Source: Octopus vulgaris (taxonomy: Eukaryota). Taken from it: DNA of 64,000 nt. The DNA is taken from contig OX597828.1 of assembly GCA_951406725.2 (NCBI GenBank), positions 71,982,001 to 72,046,000 on the forward strand, read 5' to 3'. The position numbers and the translations under genes are program-made. Numbering within the stretch: position 1 is the stretch's first letter; each line of letters starts with the position of its first letter. The notes under the pieces are model-generated. The model was not told the DNA's origin, made no database searches, and was given only the letters and a program-made list of their open reading frames with translations. Below are positions 1 to 12,869 of the stretch, in pieces.

Positions 1-18
1 TTTTATATATATATTATA

Positions 19-400
19 TCTCTCTCTATATAAACGGCAGTTTGTCTGTGCGTGTTTCTGTGTGTCTGTTTGCTTGTACCCTCACCCTGACCACGGCTTT
101 CAACCGATTCTGATGAAACTTGACACACACATAGCCCAATGTCATAATTCAAAACTAACGCAGCGAAAATTTTGAAAAGTTCCCCCAGTTCTGAAAAAAA
201 TCGATAAATTCGACATGGGTTCGAGAATCAGAAACACAAACCACAAACTGTCTAGGGGACGCAACTCCACCTTTTTTAACTCTCAAAAAAATTTACCATC
301 ATTTTTTTCCATTTTTTTGCTATTTTTTGGCTATAACTCTCTAAAAATGCTTTATAGTTATTTCCCTTACAAACCTGAGCAACGCCGGGCGATACTGCTA

Positions 401-401
<1 letters not shown>
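19..401 (+). mobile_element. Non-autonomous Helitron-like element
   Basis: Starts TC after A; short GT/CT-rich repeat near the 5' end; ends with a GC-rich hairpin-like gagcaacgccgggc followed by CTAG|T; flanked by (AT)n. Confidence 0.6.
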
Positions 402-440
<39 letters not shown>

Positions 441-442
<2 letters not shown>

Positions 443-3400
443 TCATCATCATCATCATCATCATTTAACGTCCGCTTTCCATGCTAGCATGGGTTGGACG
501 GTTCAACTGGGGTCTGGGGAGCCCGAAAGCTGCACCAGTCCAGTCAGATCTGGCAGTGTTTCTACAGCTGGATGCCCTTCCTAACGCCAACCACTCCAAG
601 AGTGTAGTGGGTGATTTTATGTGCCACCGACACAGGTGCCAGACGAGGCTGGCAAACGGCCACGCTCGGATGGTGTTTTTTATGTGCCACCGACACAGGT
701 GCCAGACGAGGCTGGCAGACGGCCACGCTCGGATGGTGTTTTTTATGTGCCACCGACACAGGTGCCAGACGAGGCTGGCAGACGGCCACGCTCGGATGGT
801 GTTTTTATGTGCCACCGACACAGGTGCCAGACGAGGCTGGCAGACGGCCACGCTCGGATGGTGTTTTTTATGTGCCACCGACACAGGTGCCAGACGAGGC
901 TGGCAGACGGCCACGCTCGGATGGTGTTTTTATGTGCCACTGACACAGGTGCCAGATGAGGCTGGCAGACGGCCACGATCGGATGGTGCTTGTTACGTGC
1001 CCACAGCACGGAGGCCAGTCGATGCGGTACTGGCTACGGCCACGTTCGGATGGTTTTCTTATGTACCACGTGCCACCGGCACTGGTACCACAAAGATACA
1101 AATTCCATTGATGTTCATCTATTTTGATTTGTTTTGATTTTCACTTGCCTCAACCGGTCTTCACAAGTGTCACAAGAAGGAAGGTATGCACAGGTGGACT
1201 GACTACGTCCCAGGTAGGGGCCATGGGTTATGGCCTGACTAGTCTTGCCGGGTCTTCGGATGGTGTTTTTATGTGCCACCGACACAGGTGCTAGATGAGG
1301 CTGGCGAACGGCCACGATTGGATGGTGTTTGTCATGTGCCCACCGCACTGACTACAGCACTGATGGATTTCTTTGCCACAGGCACTGGTACCACAAGATA
1401 CAAATTCCATTGATGTTCATCTATTTTGTCTATTTTGATTTGATTTGATTTTCACTTGCCTCAACCGGTCTTCACAAGTGTCACAAGAAGGAAGGTATGC
1501 ACAGGTGGACTGACTAGTCTTGCCGGGTCTTCGGAAGGTGTTTTTATGTGCCACCGACACAGGTGCCAGATGAGGCTGGCGAACGGCCATGATCGGATGG
1601 TGTTTGTTACGTGCCCACAGCACGGAGGCCGGTCGATGCGGAACTGGCTACGGCCACGTTCGGATGGTTCTCTTGTGTGCCACCGGCACTAATTTTCCCA
1701 CAAAGATACAGATTCCATTGATGTTCATCTATTTTGATTTGTTTTGATTTTCACTTGCCTCAACAGGTCTTCACAAGTGTCACAAGAAGGAAGGCATGCA
1801 CAGGTGGACTGACTACGTCCCAGGTAGGGGCCATGGTTTATGGCCTGACTAGTCTTGCCGGGTCTTCGGATGGTGTTTTTATGTGCCACCGACACAGGTG
1901 CTAGATGAGGCTGGCGAACGGCCACGATCGGATGGTGTTTGTCATGTGCCCACAGCACGGAGGCCAGTCGATGCGGTACTGGCTACGGCCACTTTCGGAT
2001 GGTTTTCTCTTGTGTGCCACCGGCACTGGTACCACAAAGATACAAATTCCATTGATGTTCATCAATTTTGATTTGTTTTGATTTGATTTTGATTTTGATT
2101 TTCACTTGCCTCAACAGGCCTTCACAAGTATCACAAGGAGGAAGGTATGCACAGGTGGACTGACTACGTCCCAGGTAGGGGCCATGGTTTATGGCCTGAC
2201 TAGTCTTGCCGGGTCTTCGGAAGGTGTTTTTATGTGCCACCGACACAGGTGCTAGATGAGGCTGGCGAACGGCCACGACCGGATGGTGTTTGTTATGTGC
2301 CCACAGCACGATGGCCAGTGATGCGGTACTGACTACGGCCATGTTCGGATGGATTCTTGTGTGCCACCGGCACTAATTTTCCACAAGCGGTACTGACTAC
2401 TTTTTATGTGCCACCGACACAGGTGCTAGATGAGGCTGGCGAACGGCCACGACCGGATGGTGTTTGTTATGTGCCCACAGCACGATGGCCAGTGATGCGG
2501 TACTGACTACGGCCACGTTCGGATGGATTCTTGTGTGCCACCGGCACTAATTTACCACAAGCGGTACTGACTACGGCCACGTTCGGATGGATTCTTGTGT
2601 GCCACCGGCACTGGTACCACAAAGATACAAATTCCATTGATGTTCATCTATTTTGATTTGTTTTGATTTGATTTGATTTTCACTTACCTCAGCAGGTCTT
2701 CACAAGTGTCACAAGAAGGAAGGTATGTACAGGTGGACTGACTACGTCCCAGGTAGGGCCCACGGGTTATGACCTGACTAGTCTTGCCGGGTCTTTGGAT
2801 GGTGTTTTTATGTGCCACCATGTTCCCACAGCACGGAGGCCAGTCGATGCGGTACTGGCTACGGCCACGTTCGGATGGTTTTCTTGTGTGCCATAGGCAC
2901 TGGTACCACAAAGATACAAATTCCATTGATGTTCATCTATTTTGATTGATTTTCACTTGCCTCAGCAGGTCTTCACAAGTGTCACAAGAAGGAAGGTATG
3001 CACAGGTGGATCGACTACGTCCCAGGTAGGGGCCACGGGATATGGCCTGACTAGTCCTGCCGGGTCCTCTCATGCACAGCACACTTCCATAGGACTCGGT
3101 CTTCAGTCATTTCCTTGGTGAGACCTAAAGTTCGAAGGTCGTGCTTCACCACCTCGTCCCAGGTTTTCCTGGGTCTGCCTCTTCCACAGGTTCCCTCAAC
3201 TGCTAGGGTGTAGCACTTTTGCACACAACTATCTTCAGCCATTCTCGTCACATGACCATACCAGCGCAGCCGTCTCTCTTGCACACCACAACTGACACTT
3301 CTTAGGTTCAACTTTTCTCTCAAAGTACTTACACTCTGACGATTATGAACACTGACATTACACATCCATCGGAGCATACTGGCTTCATTTCTTGCAAGCT

Positions 3401-3615
3401 TACGCATATCCTCAGCTGTCACGGCCCATGTTTCACTACCATGTAGCATGGCTGTACGTACACACGCATCATATAGTCTGCCTTTTACTCTTAGCGAGAG
3501 GCCTTTTGTAACCAGCAGGGGTAAAAGCTCTCTAAACTTTGCCCAGGCTATTCTTACTCTAGCAGTTACACTTTCAGCACACCCACCCCCAGCAGTTACA
3601 CTTTCAGCACACCCA
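441..3615 (-). mobile_element. RTE-clade LINE 3' fragment: ORF2 C-terminus plus a long repeat-expanded 3' UTR and (GAT)n tail
   Basis: ORF 3051-3449 (HGSETW, LRWYGHV, GRGRPRKTW), with the frame continuing upstream (RVRIAWAKFRELLP); tail (cat)n at 441-463 followed by the tttaacgtccgctttccatgct terminus. Confidence 0.85.
615..3060. repeat. Tandem array in the RTE 3' UTR: about 58-59-bp units (ttttatgtgccaccgacacaggtgccagacgaggctggcagacggccacgctcggatggtg) plus a higher-order ~300-bp repeat
   Basis: About 6 near-identical units at 615-990, then repeated blocks containing caaagatacaaattccattgatgttcatc at about 1091, 1393, 1701, 2035, 2620 and 2909. Confidence 0.9.
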
Positions 3616-3619
3616 TATA

Positions 3620-3860
3620 AATGCGCCCTTTTAAAGCCTAGCCAGGCTCATGCGCCCGGTTTCCCGTTTTCAACAGCGTATGTGTTCCCCAGCTGGATGG
3701 GATGCCAGTCTATTGCAGCGTTACTCATTTTTGCCAGCTGAGTGGACTGGAGCAACGTGAAATGAAGTGTTTTGATCAAGAACACAACGCGTTGCCCGGT
3801 CCAGGAATCAAAACCACAATCTTACGATCATGATGCTGACACCCTAACCACTAAGCTACG
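3620..3860 (-). mobile_element. SINE fragment (tRNA-derived head)
   Basis: Minus strand reads gtagcttagtggttagggtgtcagcatcatgatcgtaagattgtggttttgattcc (A-box/B-box-like). Confidence 0.55.
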
Positions 3861-4887
3861 TCCCCCCCCCATATATATATATATATAGATACAGCAGATA
3901 TTGATATAGACATATATATACATACATGCATGTGGTGGGGTGTTAATATGGGCTTAATTCAACAAGGCCCTCTGAACAATAATAACTGTGTGTTTCCCAG
4001 TTTTAGAAACACTGTCCCCTTGTCCCCTTGCACCCTGCATGTTATAACTGGTGAGTAAGAGAAGTGGCAATAGAAAGGGGTTTTTAAAGTAGTTTTTAAA
4101 AAGAAACCCTGTTTTTCTGAAAACTTCTCCAACCCATGCCATATTGAAAAAAAAAATGTAAAATTTAACTTCCAATAGCTTAGGGACTTAGAAGCAGGGG
4201 TCACGACCGTTAACCCCAAACTTGGTGATGGACTAGGTCTACCTTGACAGTACCTAATGACCAGGTGGTGTTGTTAAATCACGTCAGAAACAAAGTGTAC
4301 CACACTAAAAGAAGAAGAACAATCTATCCATTTAATCGTGTCTTCATCATCATCATCATCATCATCGTCTTGATTTCTAAAATACAAAAGAACAATAAGC
4401 TGGGTGTGTGTGTGTGGGTGTTGTTGCTACGGAGGAGAGGAAGTCACAAGAAATGAAACGTAAGCACAATATTAACAAAACTGGTTTTATTCAGGAAAAA
4501 AAAAAAACATGCTTTAAGTTGAGGGTGTAGAAAAAATCCGTTTACAATTAAATTTAGAATAATTAAAACTAGAATTCAATATAACAAGTCGAAAAGATAA
4601 GGTTCTGGTACAAGAGAGTAGAAAAAATATTCTTAGACATGGTATGAGAAAGTTTTAAATAACCTTGAAGAATATATTTAAATGAAAAATATTCTGTGAG
4701 TCTTTGAGTGGTTTTAGTGAGAGAAGAAGGAGGAACCCTGAGGAAAGAGAAGAACGAGTGAGGATTATAAAGAAGAAAAACAAAATATTTCACTTGAGTA
4801 AAAGTGAATTTTATATAAGGACCCCAAAAAGAAAATAGAACTCGTTGAAAAAGATCCTTAAATATTTTAAAGATGTTGAACTTGTGT

Positions 4888-5286
4888 TTAACCCCCTTAC
4901 CATTTAAATCAGCCAAACCAGGCCCAAATATTCCGTTTTATGTTTGAAATGGCCTGATCTGGCCTTTCTCACCTACCCTACACTGTCATTTTAAAAATAA
5001 CCAATTACATCATCAAAATCTTGACGCTATGAGATAATACATGATTAATTTTAAAAAAAGGTGAATGAATAAGAATTACATTCGACAGAACAATTTGAAC
5101 GCTAAAGGGTTAAACCAGTCATGTCTGGCCCAAATATTCTTTCTGCTTTATGCTCAAGCAGGCCAGATTTTGCCTCTCACACTTACCCTACAATGTCATC
5201 CTAAAAATAATGCATGATTAATTCAAAACAATGTGAATAAATAAGCATTACTGTAGACATGGTAATCTGAATGCTAATTGGTTAAT
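4888..5286. mobile_element. Two tandem copies of a ttaaccc...gggttaa MITE (piggyBac-like ends)
   Basis: ttaacccc start and ctaaagggttaa end; internal motif ctcacac(c/t)taccctacaatgtcat also recurs at about 35105-35266 and 48841-49062. Confidence 0.55.
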
Positions 5287-5669
5287 TTAAATTTGTGTTT
5301 TAATTAATTAATTTACTAAATATATTTTCAAATTTCTCTTAACTTCAGAAAAAGAAAAGGAATAAAAGTTTCTTTTTTGTTTTTATTTGAATTGATTGTA
5401 ATATTTGTAAAGGAATATCTTAAAATATCTTCTTGGAGAAGAAAAGAAGAAAAGTTCCAGCTCTGAAGGAATTTGTAAAACTGGTAGAGAAAAAAGAAAT
5501 TGAAGAAGAAGAATAAATAAAAGTTTGTTAATTCTGTTGGGTCATCTTAATTAATTAGATCAGCAGTTACCAAGTGACCAGCAGCTTGTCTGCAAGATTA
5601 ATTCCAATGGACATTTTTAGAGTTTTTATGTTATTTTTCCATTTGATAGTCTGGTCTGGAGTAATAAAT

Positions 5670-5935
5670 GATTGGTCAGTCACATGATTGGGCGGTCAAG
5701 TCAGAAATAATGAGAGAATGGTCAGTCATGCTGTTGGACAGTCCAGTCGGAAATAAAGAAGGAATGGTCAGTCATGCTGTTGGACAGTCCAGTCGGAAAT
5801 AAAGAAGGAATGGTCAGTCATGCTGTTGGACAGTCCAGTTGGAAGTAAAGGAGGAATGGTCAGTTACATTAATGGACAGTCTAGTCAGAAGTTTCACACA
5901 ATGGTCAGATACACATCATTGGACAGTCAGTCTAG
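5670..5935. repeat. 46-bp minisatellite downstream of the STARD10 stop codon
   Basis: gaatggtcagtcatgctgttggacagtccagtcggaaataaagaag at 5716 and 5762, near-identical at 5808, with degenerate flanking copies. Confidence 0.85.
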
Positions 5936-6716
5936 TCCAGGGTTCTTAACCTGGAGGAGAATTTCTAATTGGTGAGGGATGGGGTGGAGTAGGATGGGTG
6001 AAATTTCAAGATACATTTAAGGGAAAAATTTAATTTTTAAGTTCAAAATTCCTTTATTATTATTGACACTATTTTAATTAGATTTATTTTCCTAAATGTT
6101 GATCTAAGATGTTAATTGATACTAGATTAATATAAAATTGTTAATGGTATATAAAAGTGTTATATAGAAAACTACTTTAATATAAAGTTATTAATGTGAT
6201 GTAATAGTGTTGTACATAAGGCTAATATAAGGCTGTTAATGTTACGTAACTTTATGTGTACAAGGCTACTTTAATATAAGGCTTTTAACATTAAAAATAA
6301 ATCGTGTTGTTTAGAATACTCTAAAATAATTCTGTTAATTTTATCTAATTGTGTTATATACAAGACTACTTTAATAGAAAGCTGTTAATGTTAGGTAATA
6401 GTGCTGTGTATAAAAGTATTTTAATATAAGTCTCTTAACGTTATATAATAGTGTTGATTAATTTTAATATAAGGCTGTTAGCATTAAAAATATACTGTGT
6501 TGCATATAAAACAGTTTTTTTTATCACATGTGGTGAGAGAATTCAAAATGGTGAAATGTTAAAGAAGAGACATAGAGAATAAAGGTCAAGAAAGACTGAG
6601 CTAGCTAAACATAAGAGGGAGTTTTGAGTGATTTCATTGAAGCAGGTGGAAGAGAAGTCAAAGGGACTGACCAGTCATACTCTTCAAGACTTAATGGAAC
6701 TTAAAAAGGAAATCTT

Positions 6717-6926
6717 TCAAAGATCATCATCAAGGAAGTCGACCTCTGATAAATTGCTTTCATCGAGAACTTCTTGTGAATCTTTCATTTGTAAACTTTT
6801 AATATGGAGAAGATTTAATCGCGTTAAGGTACACTGTTCCGGATAGATCCAAGGTCGATATAATGGCTGGTTCTGTTCTTTCCATGCCACGTAGTTTTTA
6901 CAAGCTTGTTTCATTCTACTGACCAC
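6717..6926 (-). CDS. STARD10: STARD10-like terminal coding exon 6 (VVSRMKQACKNYVAWKEQNQPLYRPWIYPEQ...DESNLSEVDFLDDDL*)
   Basis: ttccag acceptor; TGA stop at 6717-6719; ACxxYxxWK...PWxxPEQ motif and acidic tail as in STARD10. Confidence 0.93.
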   Translation of the reverse strand: MVSRMKQACKNYVAWKEQNQPLYRPWIYPEQCTLTRLNLLHIKSLQMKDSQEVLDESNLSEVDFLDDDL

Positions 6927-7031
6927 CTGGAAAAAGATGAGAAAGAGATCAATCAATGCAATTTCAATATTTTAATCTTGGTGTCTTTTGAACTTTATGG
7001 AACTAAAGAAATGGTTAAGGAATTAAAGAAT

Positions 7032-7375
7032 CATCATCATCATCATCATCATCATCGTTTAGCGTCCGTCTTCCATGCTAGCATGGGTTGGACGGTTCAA
7101 CTGGGGTCTGTGAAGCCAGAAGGCTTCATCAGGCCCAGTCAGATCTGGCAGTGTTTCTACGGCTGGATGCCCTTCCTAACGCCAACCACTCCGTGAGTGT
7201 AGTGGGTGCTTTTTACGTGCCACCTGCACAGGTGCCAGACAGAGCTGGCAAACGGCCATGAACGGATGGTGCTTTTTATGTGCCACCGGCACGGGGGCCA
7301 GGCGAGGCTGGCAACGGACACGAACGGATGGTGCTTTTTACATGCCACCGGCACGAGGCCAGTCGGGGCGGCGCT
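7032..7375 (-). mobile_element. RTE 3'-end fragment / RTE-tailed SINE with (GAT)n tail
   Basis: Same terminus as 441-700. Further copies at about 13040-13340, 30165-30560, 35488-35850, 39295-39652, 48150-48370 and 49095-49225. Confidence 0.75.
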
Positions 7376-7704
7376 GTTAATCAACATAAAATGTTCTTTA
7401 ATTCCTTAACCATTTCAAAATCAAAGTCTGTACTTTCAAAGTGTTTATATTGTACAGACAAGCGCTTCAGTCAATGCAAGCCACATTACATATACACATG
7501 GCCATTTTCAGGATTCCGGGACTTGTGGCAGGAAGGAAGTTATTTTCATATTTGGCCAAAAATGTTTGAAAAGGAATGGTCTGCTACAAGTGGTACCCAA
7601 GAGTCTAGTAAGGTTATTAAACTGGAGACCTTCATTAGAAGATAGATTATTAATTAACAGTGAGTTAAGTTATTGAGAAGAAATAATGAAAAAAAGTTCC
7701 TTAC

Positions 7705-7757
7705 TTTTGGTGCCAAGATCTGTGTTGCTTTATTAACCACCCAACTTGGCAGACGAC
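7705..7757 (-). CDS. STARD10: STARD10-like coding exon 5 (GRLPSWVVNKATQILAPK)
   Basis: Not in the ORF track; found by reading the sequence. ctgtag acceptor, donor AAA|gtaagg, 53 nt, phase 1 to 0; matches the GxLPxWVVNK..Q.LAPK motif. Confidence 0.92.
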
Positions 7758-8954
7758 CTACAGAAGAAAAACAAAATCATTTTGCAGTTATTTCTTCCAA
7801 AAATATGTTCAGATATTTAATGATACAAATTGATTAACTGTGCAATATGTTGTAATTAGTAAATTTATTTTGAAGAAATAATAATTAACAATGGAATTGA
7901 AGGTTAAATATGGTTTCATAAGTCTGACAATTTTGAATTTACTTCTTGAGTTTTCTCTTAAAAAACATTCTACCAATAATGGCAACCGCTGATATTAAGA
8001 AGAGGTGATGGCAGTACTTGCAAGAGAATTCAAGATCCTGATCTATACCACTATTTGTTGATAAAATAATGCTTAAAAACTCAGTTTGAGAAAAATCTTA
8101 CAACATTGATACCACGAAGCCTGATCAGGTGAAAAAAAATAGAACATCCTTAAATGGTTCACTCTGATAAAAAGAAAAAATTGCTAATTGTGTTGTGTTT
8201 ATTATTGTTGGCAGAATCGTTAGCACGCTGGGAGAAATGTTTAGCAGTATTTCGTCTGTCTTTATGTTCTGAGTTCAAATTCCACTCAGGTCAACTTTGC
8301 TTCTCATTTTTTGGGGGTCGATAAATTAAGTATCAGTTGCGTACTGGGATTGATCTAATTGACTGCCCCCCCCCCACTCCCCAAATTTCCGGCCTTGTGC
8401 CTTTAGTAGAAAGGGTTATTGCTGGTATAACGACCCTCCTCAGATACAATGAAATCTTTAAATAGAGTTGTTGTTGAAGCTGTAAAGGCACACGGCACAG
8501 TGGTAGGGGTGTCGGGCTCACAATCGCGAGGTAGTGAGTTCAATTCTCGGACTGGGATGTGTGAGTTGTGTTTTTGAGCAAGAAACTTCATTTCATGTTG
8601 CTCCAGTTCACTCAGCTGCCAAAAATGAGTTTGGATATCACTGGCACCAAGCTGTATCGGCCCCTTTGCCATTCCCTCGGTGGCATGGAGCAAGGAGGCA
8701 GGCATGGATGAGTGGCTGCTGGTCTTCCATAAACAACCTTGCCCAGACTTGTGCCTCAGAGGGGAACTTCCTAGGTGCAATCCCATGCTCATTCATGGCC
8801 AAAGGGGGTCTTTCCCCTTTACCCTTTATGTTGTAGCTGTCATACTGTTTGTGGTTATGATAACAGTTGCGGTTGTAGTAGTAGAGGTGGTTAGGATTGT
8901 GATTATGGTTATTGTATTGGTTACAGTCTCATAGTGTTGGTGCTGGTTTGTTTG

Positions 8955-9320
8955 TTTGTTGAGCGAACGGTCTTCGTCCCAGAATGGGAGAAGTCCAAAA
9001 CGTGGTCCTTTGCTATTCGTAAGACCCGCAGAAGAGAAAGCAGGTCCAACCCCGACACTGAGAACATCGACGGATAGATGAATGCGCATCCAGGCTCAGC
9101 GGTTGCGTAGGAAGTTGGGGACGAGAAACAGGAAGAAAGAGTGAGAGAAAGTTGGGGCGTAAGAGTACAACAGGGGTTGCCACCACCCCCTGCCGGAGCC
9201 TCGTGGAGCTTTTCTAGATGTTTTCACTCAATAAACACACACAACGCCCGGTCTGGGAATCGAAACCACAATCCTCCGACCACAAGTCTGCTGCCCTAAC
9301 CATTGGGCCATTGTGCTTCC
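8955..9320 (-). mobile_element. tRNA-derived SINE
   Basis: Minus-strand head gcacaatggcccaatggttagggcagcagac...ggtttcgattcccagacc; (aaac)n-like tail. Confidence 0.6.
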
Positions 9321-9483
9321 ACTGTTGGTGCTGGTCAGGGTAGTAGAAGTGGTTGCACAAATGGTCATACTTGTGGTTGTGACTGCTGTGATGGTTGTGG
9401 TTGCAGTGCTGCCAGTGGATGTTGTTGTTGTTGTGACATAATGGGGGCCATGCACCGAAATGTCAAGTGAAAGGGCCACTTAC

Positions 9484-9601
9484 CTCTGGGGTCCGACTGT
9501 GATACATAAGTCAAAACACAAGATGATTTGTCTTTCGGAACAATTACATATCCTGTCAGGAAGGAGATGGCTCTGATGTAATCCTTATAGGGCGGACATT
9601 G
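9484..9601 (-). CDS. STARD10: STARD10-like coding exon 4 (QCPPYKDYIRAISFLTGYVIVPKDKSSCVLTYVSQSDPR)
   Basis: ttgcag acceptor; donor G|gtaagt; 118 nt, phase 0 to 1; PPxKDxxRAxSxxTGY...DPxG motif. Confidence 0.94.
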
Positions 9602-10416
9602 CTGCAAAAGCAAAAGAAAGGATCATAGGGGTTAGTTAAATTTAGGGAGCACTTATAAGCAGAACATTCCCATAAAATACATTAGGGATCGCTGAGGAAG
9701 TGTGATTAATTAAGGGGATCCTTTGTAAGAAGGATATTACTCAAAGTTAGGTCTGTTATGAGATATAGGTCCCATGGGGCCGGCACTTTACTTGGTTTCC
9801 ATGGTTTACAACTTCCCCTTCCACCACACACACACACACACACATACACTCACACATGTGCACACACATGCACACATATATATCTTTTATCTTTTACCTT
9901 TTACTTGGTTAAAGCATTGGATTATGGCCATGCTGGGGCAGTGCCTTGAAGGGTTGTAGTTGGACAAATTGACCCCAGGATTTATTATTATTCTTGAGCC
10001 TGGTATTTGTTCTGTTGGCCTTTTATGGGGATGTAAACAAACCAACATGACTGTCAAGCAGTGATGGGGAACAAACACAGCCACAAAGACACACACACAC
10101 ACACGCATGCACACGTGTACATGATAAGCTTTTTAGGTTGCCATGCAATGGAACTGAACCTGGAACCATGTGGTTGGGAAGCAAACTTCTTACCACACTG
10201 CCACACACACACACACACACAAATATACATACATACACACACACATACACACACACATACACACACACACACACATACACATACACACACACATACACAC
10301 ACACACATGCACACACACACATACACACACATACACACAAACATAAACACACACATACACACATACACACATACATACATGCACACATACACACACACAT
10401 ACACATATACACACAT

Positions 10417-10482
<66 letters not shown>

Positions 10483-11734
10483 ATGAAAATATTTCTCCAA
10501 GGCATTACCCATTAGAATTCATTTCGACCTAACGGCCCTTAATGTTTGCCTTTGTCGATTGCTTACTCTGCACATCCACTCTGTTGTTGTTTGTTTGTGT
10601 GAAGACCTAACTCTTCATGAATTTTATATTTCCAAAATTTCTGGAAGCTTCTGTCTTATGAAGTGTTCCTATCTTGTTGTTAAAAGCACGAAACAGGGAG
10701 AAATAAGGAGTCCAACAACTGATGAGGAGTCAGACTCCTTTTGATGTTCCTGTACTTTTCTCTCTTGTACATTGTTTACATTCTTTTACTTGTTTCAGTC
10801 ATTTGATTGCGGCCATGCTGTAGCACTGCCTCTAGTAAAGCAAATCGACCCCAGGACTTATACTTTGTAAGCCTAGTACTTATTCTATCGGTCTCTTTTG
10901 CTGAACCGCTAAGCTACGAGGGATGTAAACACACCAGCATCGGATGTTGGGGGGACAAACAGAGACACATATACACACACATACATACATATATATATAT
11001 ATATATATGACATGCTTCTTTGGAAGTTGTGCTCCAGTGTGGCCACTGTCCAATCAATGACTGACAACAGTACCAAAGAAAAATGAAAAATAAAAGAAAA
11101 AACAGAATTTCATTAAAAAAATAAACAGACAGACAGCTGAAATATGGTCGTTGAGCAAAACATAATGAACAAATTATCATTAACAAAGTTAATTAGAAGA
11201 ACTCAAACATTCACAGAATGCTAATCTGTTTATTATTTGATAAATTAGTTGACATCGTTATCATTTTATTATTATCGTTAACAAAAGTAAAACTAATTAC
11301 ATTACTGACTGTCACAGTAAACATTAATTATATCTGGTTATCTTTACTTGACGAAGATAACATAATTATCGACTTGCAACTAACGAGATTTCATTTATTT
11401 CTTGTTGTAGAATTAAACTTTTGTTTCTCGTAGGTTTTAAAGGTGATGAGAATGATTAAGGGCTGTGATCCTTTTTGGGTGGCTTTGGGTGTCTTCAGTT
11501 ATGGTCTCAGACTGGACATTGCCATGGAAAAGGAATTTGGTGGACAAAATCTGCAGAAAGTCCATCATACACACACATACATACATACATACAAACATAC
11601 ATACATACAAACATACATACATACAAACATACATACATACAAACATACATACATACAAACATACATTACATACATATGTAAATACATACATACATACATA
11701 CATACATACATACATACATACATACATACATGCA

Positions 11735-11765
<31 letters not shown>

Positions 11766-12060
11766 CATACAGATGCCCAGCAGATGTTAACATAAAGCTG
11801 AAGATCAGTGAAAAAGAAGACACCTCTATTGAACTATTGAGAAATCTGTAGTTACTCTGTGCAGATTAGAAATTCAGGATGTCACACAGTGGGACTGAAC
11901 TCGGAACCATGTGGTTGGGAAGTAAGCTTCTTACCACACCCACATCTGCACCTACACACACACACACTCACATGTCATCATCATCACCATGATTGTTTAT
12001 ATATATGCATATATATATAAGCAATGATGATGATGATGATGATGATACATATATATGCAT

Positions 12061-12117
<57 letters not shown>

Positions 12118-12142
12118 CATATATATACATACATACATATAT

Positions 12143-12194
<52 letters not shown>

Positions 12195-12392
12195 TCCAAC
12201 CCATGCTAGCATGGAGAACGGACGTTAAACGACGATGATGATATGCATACACATATATATATATATATGTTTTCGTTTCTCATTGTGTTTGATGTTTTTT
12301 TGGTGTCCTGTACTCATATATGCGTGTATATATACATGTAGAGGTAGGTACGTACATATATGTATATATATATGCATATGTTTTATTTATTA

Positions 12393-12427
<35 letters not shown>

Positions 12428-12430
<3 letters not shown>

Positions 12431-12519
12431 TAAATATTTGTTGTGCAAGATTTTTTATGTGAAGTCGTGTGTTGAAACAGATATTGTTATATTTCGGAAT
12501 GGTCATATTGCCAGTTTAG

Positions 12520-12523
<4 letters not shown>
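12428..12523. mobile_element. Solo terminal fragment of the same Penelope-like family in (TA)n
   Basis: Identical to 17087-17183 (gtttaaatatttgttgtgcaag...gtttagccaat). Confidence 0.8.
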
Positions 12524-12556
<33 letters not shown>

Positions 12557-12869
12557 ATTTTGGTTTTAATTGCCTAATTCCATTCATGAAATGTTTCCCA
12601 GAGACAATGAATCAATGAGTTCTGCAACACCTGGAATAAATTCCATTCTATATTTAGTTGAATGGTGCCAATTATGCCACAGACTGAAGCTACCATTTAT
12701 TTTAAGAACAAAACATTTATTTCTGTTCCAGAGAATGTTGATTCCTTCTAATGATAAAACCACATTTTGACACCAGTGTCAAATGTTTCTGAAGTAAAAG
12801 ACTTCCAGAAATAAATTCCACTTGAATTCAAGTGATAACAGTCTTGAGATTTTGATCATGGGTTTACAG

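Noticed and set aside
95-125. ctgatgaaac motif
   Set aside because: Part of the Helitron-type internal ccgattxxgatgaaactt motif; there is no stem II between the boxes.
615-990. CRISPR-like regular repeats
   Set aside because: Head-to-tail tandem units with no unique spacers, no cas genes and a eukaryotic context.
481-1137. 218-aa repetitive Cys/His/Arg-rich ORF and overlapping ORFs
   Set aside because: Translation of the 58-59-bp tandem repeat in the RTE 3' UTR; open in several frames and on both strands.
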